A stretch of DNA of 64,000 bases, from positions 1-64,000 of IMG/VR virus record IMGVR_UViG_3300023174_000039; one strand, 5' to 3'. Made by a program: the position numbers and the translations under genes. Each line of letters starts with the position of its first letter. The first letter of the stretch is position 1. Of the stretch, positions 48,371 to 57,069 are shown piece by piece. The notes under the pieces were generated by a model. The model was not told where the DNA came from. It saw only the letters and a program-made list of their open reading frames with translations, and made no database searches.

Positions 48371-49866
48371 CTAGAAAACTTTGCCTTGGCAACAATACCG
48401 AACTTACTGATCAACAGACAAGAAAACTAGCAGCCGAGCAAGGCACAATTTGTCACGGGCTGTTGAGCGAGCTAGACGGTGAAATCGCAAACTACTCAGT
48501 TGACGGGTTTTATCATAGTAGCGTGTATGATATAATGCCAGGAAGATTGCGAGAAATTTGTTTAGATATTGGGCATGTAATAGTATTGCCGCAAACAAAG
48601 TCAGATTATCAAGATCCAGAATCATTTTATCAAACAGTTCAATTGTGTAAACAGCTAGAGACAACCATCACTGTGGAATGGTTAGATCCAGAAATTAAAA
48701 ATACAAATCAATTTTTTGAACAGCTGGTCAATACCAATAGCAGTTTTTGCATCTATCCCTTTATTGAGTTATTGGTACAGAATGGTTCTACTACTGTATG
48801 TTGTAGATCATCTAATCCGGTAACAGAACTAAGTCAACTGAAAGACTACGGAACTGATCCAGGGTACACTGCTATTAGAGATAAAATGTTACAAGGTGTA
48901 CGTGTTCCAGAACATTGTTCTGCATGCTATAAACTAGAAAATGTTGGGATCACGAGTCCCAGGAAACAAGAAACAATTGAATGGGCAAACAGATTAGGAC
49001 TCAATGGCCTAGAAGATTTGCAACAAATTACACAACCTGTGTATTACGAAATTAGACCAAGCAACATATGCAATTTGCAATGCAGGATGTGCTCTCCGAC
49101 TTACAGTCATCTTATTGATCAAGAATACCAACAGTTGGGATTATCGGCACCTATAAAGATCGACCACACTGGATTTGATATTGTGGATATCAACAATGTT
49201 AACAAACTCTATGTGGCTGGAGGAGAACCAATGGCCATGCCTGATTTTTATGAATTTGTAGACCAATGTATTGATACTCATAACACTGATTTTGAATTTG
49301 TTATAAACACAAATGGTACCAAGTTAAGCGATCGGTTTAAACGTCAACTACAGCACTTCTCTCGAATGCAGTTTATTGTAAGCATTGACGGGGCTGATCG
49401 ACTAAATCACTATATTAGATGGCCCAGTAACTGGAGCACAATAGTAGACAATGTCACTTACTTGGTCACAAACAATTACTATGTGACATTCAACGTTACT
49501 GTGAGCATGTACAATGTACTGGATTTAAATAATCTGTTTAGATTTTTTGAACAACATTGGCCGAGGCAGGCAGTGCATTTACAATTGGCGGGATCTCGAG
49601 ATGATTATCTGTCAGCATTTAACCACCCGTCAAGCGACTTGGTAGTACATATGTTGACACAATCTCAACAGACTGCCACCTATCGTGACAATGCATTGGT
49701 AGCAAACTTTGTTGACACAATGCTAGCCCATTACAAAAATAACCATCAATGTGATTTGGTAAAACTTAAAAAATTCTTTGAGATAAATGACAAGTTAGAT
49801 CAATCAAGGAACATATATCTTGAGGACTACTTGCCCGATCTGTCTAACGCCAGGAGCATGATATGA
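48364..49866 (+). CDS. Radical SAM protein, twitch-type, with extra N-terminal domain
   Basis: CIYPF..VCC..CSAC, CNLQCRMC and GGEPM. Confidence 0.9.
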   Translation: MVTRKLCLGNNTELTDQQTRKLAAEQGTICHGLLSELDGEIANYSVDGFYHSSVYDIMPGRLREICLDIGHVIVLPQTKSDYQDPESFYQTVQLCKQLETTITVEWLDPEIKNTNQFFEQLVNTNSSFCIYPFIELLVQNGSTTVCCRSSNPVTELSQLKDYGTDPGYTAIRDKMLQGVRVPEHCSACYKLENVGITSPRKQETIEWANRLGLNGLEDLQQITQPVYYEIRPSNICNLQCRMCSPTYSHLIDQEYQQLGLSAPIKIDHTGFDIVDINNVNKLYVAGGEPMAMPDFYEFVDQCIDTHNTDFEFVINTNGTKLSDRFKRQLQHFSRMQFIVSIDGADRLNHYIRWPSNWSTIVDNVTYLVTNNYYVTFNVTVSMYNVLDLNNLFRFFEQHWPRQAVHLQLAGSRDDYLSAFNHPSSDLVVHMLTQSQQTATYRDNALVANFVDTMLAHYKNNHQCDLVKLKKFFEINDKLDQSRNIYLEDYLPDLSNARSMI

Positions 49867-49877
49867 CTTCAAATAAG

Positions 49878-49907
49878 TTGACTAATAGTCATGGCCAAAT
49901 GTACAAT
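49878..49907 (+). promoter_or_regulatory. Sigma70-type promoter
   Basis: TTGACT-N18-TACAAT. Confidence 0.55.
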
Positions 49908-49929
49908 CTATGCTAAAGGACATAAAATT

Positions 49930-50280
49930 ATGATTAAAACAATCAACGCTGGAGCAGGAATTAGAATTCAGAATGGGTATACTTCTACAACTTATGTTAG
50001 TATGAGCAATTCCAGTGCTGGCATGGTTAGGTACAATGGAAATTCAAACAACATGGAAGTGTATGACGGATCATCGTGGTTGACACTAAACGCCGCATAC
50101 CCCATTGTAGAACTTGATGGTGATGTACTGGCTGTGGTAAACTGGGCCAAAGAAAAAATGAACAAAGAAGCCCGGATTCAAGAGTTAGCACAGCAAAATA
50201 AAACTGTAGCAGATGCATTAGAGGCTGTGGAAAAAGCACAACAGCAATTGGACATTGTTGCAAAGTTGGTCACTGTATGA
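49930..50280 (+). CDS. Hypothetical protein
   Basis: AAGGA RBS; [15 protein letters not shown] followed by a coiled coil. Confidence 0.7.
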   Translation: MIKTINAGAGIRIQNGYTSTTYVSMSNSSAGMVRYNGNSNNMEVYDGSSWLTLNAAYPIVELDGDVLAVVNWAKEKMNKEARIQELAQQNKTVADALEAVEKAQQQLDIVAKLVTV

Positions 50281-50693
50281 GTACTTTTCACCAGTTCTTT
50301 GACGGTGTTGAGGAAAAAACAAAAGTATGTGGGATATGCTCAATAAAAAAACCACTTGGAAGTTTTGGCAACGATGGCGGAGCAAACTACAAAAGATACG
50401 AGTGCAAAGAATGTGCCCGAAAACAAGCCAAGATAATTGCTAAGATAAAAAAATCAGTGCAGAAGCCATCACATGATTATCGATGTCCAATATGCAATCG
50501 AACAGCTGATGAAGCACAAGGTCATAGCATAAAAAAGAAACAAGTTTGGTGCGCCGATCACGATCACGAAACAGGACAATTTAGAGGATGGTTGTGTCAT
50601 AAGTGCAATTTAGGGTTAGGAAACTTTGGGGATGATCGAAAGAGATTACAGGCTGCTGACAAATATTTGGAAAAACATGAGCGCGGACATTGA
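50277..50693 (+). CDS. Endonuclease VII-family nuclease (possible homing endonuclease)
   Basis: CPIC...[22 protein letters not shown] with additional N-terminal CxxC pairs. Confidence 0.9.
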   Translation: MSTFHQFFDGVEEKTKVCGICSIKKPLGSFGNDGGANYKRYECKECARKQAKIIAKIKKSVQKPSHDYRCPICNRTADEAQGHSIKKKQVWCADHDHETGQFRGWLCHKCNLGLGNFGDDRKRLQAADKYLEKHERGH

Positions 50694-51255
50694 CATTGAC
50701 TTTGCTGACAGAGATCTTGTGTTGAAGTTGATTCAGCATACTCCGGCACGACAATGGCACCAAGGACAAGTGCGCCGACACAATTCAGGAGTGTATGTTA
50801 CAGACATTCCGTACGATCCCATACACAACTGTGCGGCATTGGATTACGAAGAAGCTGAACAGCGTGGGTATTTTAAAATAGACTTTTTGAACATGGGTGT
50901 GTATCAGTTGGTCAAGAGCCCCGAACACTATGAACAGATGTTATCAGCTACTCCGCCTTGGGATAGACTTTGGCAAGATACAGAATGGGCTCGACAGTTG
51001 GTTCACGTGGGCAACTACACAGACCTGCTAAAGAACATGCGTCCTGCAACCATACCACAGATGGCAGCATTTATTTCAATTATTAGGCCTGGCAAAGCAC
51101 ACTTACAGAACCAGTCTTGGGCAGATGTGTTTGCAAGTGTATGGGACGGTGATGACTCACAGGGATACACGTTTAAAAAGTCACACAGTTTGTCTTATGC
51201 AATGTTGGTTGTGTTGCACATGAACTTGCTCAATCAAGACGCCGAACCAGTGTAA
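50677..51255 (+). CDS. Miniature DNA polymerase III alpha (DnaE)-like catalytic-core protein
   Basis: ADIDIDF, HNSGV, YFKIDFL, IIRPG and [12 protein letters not shown] correspond in order to DnaE PDIDIDF, HAAGV, KFDFL, RPG and YGFNKSHA. Confidence 0.8.
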   Translation: MSADIDIDFADRDLVLKLIQHTPARQWHQGQVRRHNSGVYVTDIPYDPIHNCAALDYEEAEQRGYFKIDFLNMGVYQLVKSPEHYEQMLSATPPWDRLWQDTEWARQLVHVGNYTDLLKNMRPATIPQMAAFISIIRPGKAHLQNQSWADVFASVWDGDDSQGYTFKKSHSLSYAMLVVLHMNLLNQDAEPV

Positions 51256-51607
51256 TTGACTTGCGTTTGCTTTTCTTGCGAGATATATCCAGTAGACTGC
51301 AAGCAGGGCCATGTAATATTTCTAAATCTTTGTTGACAAAAGTGCGTAGTGTGTAGCGGAAAGGTTCCCACTCTGTGCGCAAAAATATGTTGATAGGAAT
51401 AGATCTGTTGCTCTCCCACCACCAGGTTGTGGCCAGCTCTAAGAATTTCATCTTGTTTTCCGGCAATAGTATGCTACCAAAGTCGTAGATAGTTGTGACT
51501 GTGTCGTCCCTGTTCTGTACAATGCCCACATACTCAGCGTTTGCATACACGCACAGCGTGATAAACGGATACTTTTCCGTCAGTTTGTCAAAGATATTGT
51601 TGCCCAT
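51230..51607 (-). CDS. Hypothetical protein
   Basis: 125-aa ORF filling the gap; basic C-terminus. Confidence 0.75.
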   Translation of the reverse strand: MGNNIFDKLTEKYPFITLCVYANAEYVGIVQNRDDTVTTIYDFGSILLPENKMKFLELATTWWWESNRSIPINIFLRTEWEPFRYTLRTFVNKDLEILHGPACSLLDISRKKSKRKSITLVRRLD

Positions 51608-51619
51608 AAATATTGTTCT

Positions 51620-52690
51620 ATGTATTCCACTACAGCATACTTATATCAGCAAATCACCAGAGTGTTATTGATTGACACCAGCGGTGGCTATTTCACAGCG
51701 AGGTACGATCCAGTGTACGCAAAACAACTAACAGTAAACAAAGGTGTTGACAACGTTCTACTCTTTGAATTTATCAATCAGGAACAAAAACCTGTAAACA
51801 TCACCGGCAGCACTTTTGTGTTCCGTATGATCAGCCAAAACGGCGATGTACTACTACTCAGCAAACGGATGGAAACACTCAGTGCCGCACTTGGCAGAGT
51901 CAAGGTAGTGCTAACAACTGAAGACACTATTGATTTAACAGCACAACCTGCCAGTTACAGTATCCAACGCACATCGGGTGATTATGTTCAAGCTGTGTAC
52001 ACAGATGCCAATTCGCAAGCTCGAGCAGACTGCAACATTGTGGATTCAATACTGCCCGAATTTCAAGACAGTGCCAATTTAACTATTCCCACAATTTATG
52101 GACCAAATGCATGGCCACAAAGTCCACCAAGTAGTTGGCCTGATTGGGCACTTACACCGCAGCCATTGAACGCCGCACATGCAACAGAATTTTATTCAAG
52201 CCAAATTCCCACACATGGTGCCAGCTTGACCACAATCAAAATGGATCTAACACATTACACAGGCACAATCAAAGCACAAGCCGCACAGGACTATGAAGCA
52301 CCATGGTATGATGTAACAGATTCAACACAGTACATGGATGCAACAGAAAGCATTTATCTTAATGTGGTTGGGTTCCATCCCTTGATACGTGTGGCATTTA
52401 ACCAAAGTCAAGGATGGGGCGCCACTGCCACTGCCACTGTGGTCAATGGAGTGGTCACAGGTATCACGGTCAACAACACCGGACAACGCTATATTGCCGC
52501 ACCAAATGTAATGATTATTGGCAACGGTGCAGGAGCCCGAGCAATAGGCAGCGTGGGGGCAGATGGCGGAATTGGTCCAATCACCGTGACTGATGGCGGC
52601 AACGGTTATCTACCTGTGACGTTTGGCAATCCGGTCTACGCTAGTGTTGTCATAAACAACGGCACTGTTACCAATTTGATGTATCGTTGA
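51620..52690 (+). CDS. Virion structural protein (baseplate/tail-associated)
   Basis: TAAATA 51607-51612; C-terminal VTGITVNNTGQRYIAAP and ITVTDGGNGY repeats typical of T4-like structural proteins. Confidence 0.65.
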   Translation: MYSTTAYLYQQITRVLLIDTSGGYFTARYDPVYAKQLTVNKGVDNVLLFEFINQEQKPVNITGSTFVFRMISQNGDVLLLSKRMETLSAALGRVKVVLTTEDTIDLTAQPASYSIQRTSGDYVQAVYTDANSQARADCNIVDSILPEFQDSANLTIPTIYGPNAWPQSPPSSWPDWALTPQPLNAAHATEFYSSQIPTHGASLTTIKMDLTHYTGTIKAQAAQDYEAPWYDVTDSTQYMDATESIYLNVVGFHPLIRVAFNQSQGWGATATATVVNGVVTGITVNNTGQRYIAAPNVMIIGNGAGARAIGSVGADGGIGPITVTDGGNGYLPVTFGNPVYASVVINNGTVTNLMYR

Positions 52691-52719
52691 TTGATCTTTG
52701 TTGAGCAATCTGTTATACT
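52691..52719 (+). promoter_or_regulatory. Sigma70-type promoter, probably leaderless
   Basis: TTGATC-N17-TATACT, 6 nt before the primase ATG. Confidence 0.65.
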
Positions 52720-52725
52720 ATACAG

Positions 52726-53709
52726 ATGCTAGACATTGTTTCCTACTTACCCGGCAAACGCAAACACACTCCATCTGGGTGGATCAGCTTCAATGCAGTT
52801 TGTTGCAGTCACAATGGGAATAGTCCAGACAAACGACAGCGTGGCGGACTCAAAGCAACAGAACAGGGTTGGAGTTATCACTGCTTTAACTGCGGATACA
52901 CCGCCAGCTTTATCCTTGGCCGCACTGTAAGCTTCAAAGCCCGCAGGCTCTTGAGTTGGATGGGTGTACCAGATGCTGAAATTGATCATCTCAATTTGGA
53001 AAGTTTGCGACACAGATCAATCAACGGCATATTAGAAGATCGACAAAAGATAGTCAATGTATTAAGTTCAATTGAGTTTGATGAACGAGACTTGCCGCCA
53101 TATGCTGAATTGTTGACTGATGAAGGCAATTACAGAGATTATGTGCGACGTCGTTGTGTGCCAGAAGACTTTCCTGTAATGGTACAGTTACATAACGATG
53201 GTATTCATTGGACACGCCCACATGTGATAATTCCATTTACCCATAATGATCAAGTTGTGGGTTATACATGTAGATTTCTCGACAACAAAACGCCTAAGTA
53301 CATATCCGACAGCCAACCTAACTATGTGTTTGGCACAGATCTACAAAACAAAGCCTGGGACCATGCGTTAGTAATGGAAGGTATCTTTGATGCACTCAGC
53401 ATCGGAGGTCTTGCCGTGATGCACAACACCATCAGCGATGGACAGGCTAGACTCATACGCAGTCTAGGAAAACAAATAACAGTAGTGCCAGACCAAGATG
53501 TGCCTGGCCTAGAACTAATTGATCGTGCTGTAGAACTAGGATGGGCTGTGAGCATACCCAACTGGCCCGCACACATTAAAGATGTAAATGATGCTGTGAT
53601 AGAGTTGGGTCGACTTGGCACCTTGCTGACTATTATGCAGGCTAGAGAAACAAGTCGAATCAAGATAGAAATAAGGAAGAAACAACTTGCTAAAAGAATA
53701 CGGACTTGA
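52726..53709 (+). CDS. gp61: DNA primase (T4 gp61-like)
   Basis: Zn finger CC..HCFNC and TOPRIM motifs EGIFDA, PDQD and KDVND. Confidence 0.92.
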   Translation: MLDIVSYLPGKRKHTPSGWISFNAVCCSHNGNSPDKRQRGGLKATEQGWSYHCFNCGYTASFILGRTVSFKARRLLSWMGVPDAEIDHLNLESLRHRSINGILEDRQKIVNVLSSIEFDERDLPPYAELLTDEGNYRDYVRRRCVPEDFPVMVQLHNDGIHWTRPHVIIPFTHNDQVVGYTCRFLDNKTPKYISDSQPNYVFGTDLQNKAWDHALVMEGIFDALSIGGLAVMHNTISDGQARLIRSLGKQITVVPDQDVPGLELIDRAVELGWAVSIPNWPAHIKDVNDAVIELGRLGTLLTIMQARETSRIKIEIRKKQLAKRIRT

Positions 53710-55159
53710 CGTCCAAAGACTATTTTTAGAGATGATGTTGGAAGATGCGTCTAGCTATGTGCGCATTCAAAATATCTACAACCCAGAGAACTTTGACAAG
53801 AGCTTGCGCAAAGCCGCAGAGTTTATTAAAGAACACTCAGACAAACACAAAACCATGCCTGACAGGTTGCAGATTAGTGCCACCACAGGAGTTAAACTGC
53901 AACCGGTGCCAGACTTAAACGAAGGTCACTATGACTGGTTCATGCAGGAGTTTGAATCATTTACCAAGCGTCAAGAACTTGAACGTGCTATCTTAAAGGC
54001 AGCAGACTTGCTGGAAAAGGGCGACTTTGATCCTGTGGAAAAACTCATCAAAGATGCTGTACAAATCTCACTTACCAAAGACATGGGCACAGACTACTTT
54101 GCTGATCCGGCTGCCAGGATCAACAAATATTTCAACTCAGGTGGGCAAGTATCAACAGGCTGGCCACAGATGGATCGATTGTTGTATGGTGGATTCTCAA
54201 GAGGAGAACTAAACATCTTTGCAGGTGGATCGGGTTCGGGCAAGAGCTTGGTCATGATGAACATTGCGTTAAACTGGTTACAGCAAGGACTAAGTGGTGT
54301 TTATATCTCACTAGAACTTTCAGAAGAACTCACAAGTTTGCGCACAGATGCCATGTTAACACAAACCAGTACCAAAGACATTCGAAAAGATATTGACACA
54401 ACCACAATGAAAGTCATACTGGTGGGCAAGAAGTCGGGAAATTATCAAGTTAAAGGATTACCGGCACAGAGCAATATCAATGATATTCGCGCTTATTTAA
54501 AAGAGTATCAAATTCAAACAGGCAAGAAAGTGGACTTTGTGATGATTGACTACTTGGATTTGTTGATGCCAGTAAGTGCTAAGGTCAGTCCCAACGACTT
54601 GTTTGTGAAAGACAAGTATGTGAGTGAGGAATTGCGCAACTTGTCCAAAGAACTGGGAGTGTTAATGGTCACCGCATCACAGTTGAATCGATCAGCTGTG
54701 GAAGAAGTTGTGTTTGATCACTCACACATTTCAGGTGGTATTTCCAAGATCAACACAGCAGACAATGTGTTTGGTATCTTTACCAGTCGGTCAATGAAAG
54801 AGCGTGGCAAGTATCAAATACAATGTATGAAATCACGTAGTTCAACAGGTGTGGGACAAAATATCGATCTGGAATACAACATTGAAACCATGCGTATTAC
54901 TGATGAGGGCGGTGACGAAGGAACTGGTTACAACAAACCACAGAGCAGTATCATGGACACAATCAAAGCACGTAGCCAAATAACCACTGTTGATAGTGAA
55001 AGTACCAAGTCTACCAAGTGGGAGAAGCCAACCGGTAAACACGCATGGGAATATCAAACTGGCAGTACAGATCAGAAATCAGACGATACAGAAAAAGTCA
55101 CAGCAGATGTGCAAAGTGCAAAACTTAAACAAATGCTTGCAGGTATTAAAAAGGGTTAG
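53687..55159 (+). CDS. gp41: Replicative DnaB-like helicase (T4 gp41-like)
   Basis: GGSGSGKS, SLELSE, IDYLDL, TASQLNR and KSR. Confidence 0.95.
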   Translation: MLKEYGLDVQRLFLEMMLEDASSYVRIQNIYNPENFDKSLRKAAEFIKEHSDKHKTMPDRLQISATTGVKLQPVPDLNEGHYDWFMQEFESFTKRQELERAILKAADLLEKGDFDPVEKLIKDAVQISLTKDMGTDYFADPAARINKYFNSGGQVSTGWPQMDRLLYGGFSRGELNIFAGGSGSGKSLVMMNIALNWLQQGLSGVYISLELSEELTSLRTDAMLTQTSTKDIRKDIDTTTMKVILVGKKSGNYQVKGLPAQSNINDIRAYLKEYQIQTGKKVDFVMIDYLDLLMPVSAKVSPNDLFVKDKYVSEELRNLSKELGVLMVTASQLNRSAVEEVVFDHSHISGGISKINTADNVFGIFTSRSMKERGKYQIQCMKSRSSTGVGQNIDLEYNIETMRITDEGGDEGTGYNKPQSSIMDTIKARSQITTVDSESTKSTKWEKPTGKHAWEYQTGSTDQKSDDTEKVTADVQSAKLKQMLAGIKKG

Positions 55160-56052
55160 GCAAACACGCAACCGTTGTTGCCTATGCAATACCATTTGTT
55201 GTTGATGTACTGTAGTGTGCAACCGTCACCAATGTCGTTGAGAGTGATAGTACCGGTGCCGGATGATTTCCATCCTGCATTGGTCACTGTGATAACCATG
55301 TCGCCAAGATCTGCAACCATCATAAAGGTTTTGATTTGACCATTGGTACCAGCAGCCAATGTAGCAGTTTCTGCTGAGGAAGTAGAAATATAGCTGGCAG
55401 TTGTTGCTAGGCTTACCGCTGCCGATGCGGCTAGATCTTCACTGCTGGCCAACAACAATGGATTTGTGTACAACCTCAAAGGACGATTTAAATCAAACAT
55501 GGTAACAGTTGTACCACCATTCTTGGTTTGGAATGCAAACTCGTATGTGCCCGCGGCAGCAAAGGTAATGGTATTGCCTGAAATGCCCTGTACGCCAGTT
55601 GTGCCGTACAGTGTGGTCATGCCCGAGAATGTGACAGTTCTACCTGCAATGTCTATGACAAGTTGTAATTTAATATAGCCAAAAGTAGGAGCAATTGGCC
55701 AATTATTAATGCTGACATTGATATTGCCCGTAGTTGTGATACTTTGATAATGACCGGCTGCGTAATCCACTGCAATTGATCCTGCTGTGGCAGTGATGTT
55801 GACTGCTGTGGCTGAAAAATCTTGAATTTTGGCCGCATAAATTAGCGCATCATTCATGTTGTTGTCCAAGGTGGTGCCATTCAGTGCAGCCTTTAATACA
55901 GCTTTGTTTTCTAGATCGTTTATTTCGTTTTCTGCGTATTGAAAATTTGTTTGAATTGCTGTAAAATTATCACGAAATCCCTGTGTATTGTTAGGTTGTC
56001 CGGCCACAGGATATGCGGTATCTATATTGTTTGGGTTGATCTGACTGGTCAT
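55156..56052 (-). CDS. Virion structural/fibre-like protein
   Basis: YPVAGQPNNTQGFRDNF N-terminus and T/A/G-rich beta body; AAGGA RBS; minus-strand TAAATA 56084-56089. Confidence 0.7.
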   Translation of the reverse strand: MTSQINPNNIDTAYPVAGQPNNTQGFRDNFTAIQTNFQYAENEINDLENKAVLKAALNGTTLDNNMNDALIYAAKIQDFSATAVNITATAGSIAVDYAAGHYQSITTTGNINVSINNWPIAPTFGYIKLQLVIDIAGRTVTFSGMTTLYGTTGVQGISGNTITFAAAGTYEFAFQTKNGGTTVTMFDLNRPLRLYTNPLLLASSEDLAASAAVSLATTASYISTSSAETATLAAGTNGQIKTFMMVADLGDMVITVTNAGWKSSGTGTITLNDIGDGCTLQYINNKWYCIGNNGCVFA

Positions 56053-56083
56053 TATTATTCCTTTGCTTTGCAAGCAGTATAGA

Positions 56084-56113
56084 TATTTATTAGAATTCAA
56101 AAAGCACTAAATA
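56084..56113. promoter_or_regulatory. Divergent pair of late promoters
   Basis: TATTTA 56084-56089 (minus-strand TAAATA) and TAAATA 56108-56113. Confidence 0.7.
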
Positions 56114-56132
56114 ATCCAAAGGTTCTTGAGTA

Positions 56133-56381
56133 ATGCAAAAAAAGACACGTAGTTTGTTGGAAGAATTAGACTCAATGTATGTTGAGCGAGATCGTCGCCT
56201 CATCATTGAATCACGTGCAGATAATATAATTGCCAGTGCAATCAGGCTGGTTGAACAAATTGAACACGAGTTTGGCACTGAGCAAGCAGAGAATCTCACA
56301 AGAAAATTGCTCAATGCCATACGAACAAAGGATGCTGGAAAGTTTTCTAGATCCGTTAGGAAAACCAATGCAGATTCATGA
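56133..56381 (+). CDS. Hypothetical late protein
   Basis: 82-aa helical ORF after a late promoter; RSLLEE. Confidence 0.75.
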   Translation: MQKKTRSLLEELDSMYVERDRRLIIESRADNIIASAIRLVEQIEHEFGTEQAENLTRKLLNAIRTKDAGKFSRSVRKTNADS

Positions 56382-57069
56382 AATAACACGCAAACAAATA
56401 GCCGAAGCTGTTGGCGATAAAATATTAGGTGGCTTGACCAACATGCTGTACAAATCAGCAGGTGCTACCAATCCACATGATCAAAATGGTCTTCAAGGCC
56501 CTGCCACAGCTGGCAATCTAAGACAAGGTGCCGCTGGTGAAATGAATAAGACATTGCTAGCACCACTTGCAAAAGAAATGCAAAAACGTTGGGCACAAAC
56601 AGTGCAACAACTGTTGATAAAATCAGTTGATAAAACCACAGGTGCCCCTGCCACCAGTGCGGCGGGAATTGATAGCACGGCATTAGAAAAAGAAATGTAT
56701 ACGTTTATAAATACATTGGTTGGGTTTGACGTGGGCACATTGCCCAGCATGGATGATGGTTCAGGGCAGGCCAAGCAACTGGATTCAGAACTAAAGCCAC
56801 AGATCACAGCGGCCATTGCCAACACACAAAAGCCCACAACTGGAGCAGATGTTTGGCTGCCATTGGCCACTAGTATACAACGTGCAAAAAGCATAAAGAA
56901 TTTTGCTAGTGGCGGTAAAGCTGCCGGAGGCCCCAGCAAGTTCTTACCTATTACACCAACAGGAGTAGCAGGCAAAGTACTAGTAGATGGCCAGCCATAC
57001 AACCGAACTAATCCAATTCATATAGCATCAGTCAAGGCGGCGGGAATTGACCCTGCCACACTCAAATAA
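56368..57069 (+). CDS. Probable internal head protein
   Basis: MQIHEITRKQIAE N-terminus; A/G/K-rich. Confidence 0.6.
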   Translation: MQIHEITRKQIAEAVGDKILGGLTNMLYKSAGATNPHDQNGLQGPATAGNLRQGAAGEMNKTLLAPLAKEMQKRWAQTVQQLLIKSVDKTTGAPATSAAGIDSTALEKEMYTFINTLVGFDVGTLPSMDDGSGQAKQLDSELKPQITAAIANTQKPTTGADVWLPLATSIQRAKSIKNFASGGKAAGGPSKFLPITPTGVAGKVLVDGQPYNRTNPIHIASVKAAGIDPATLK

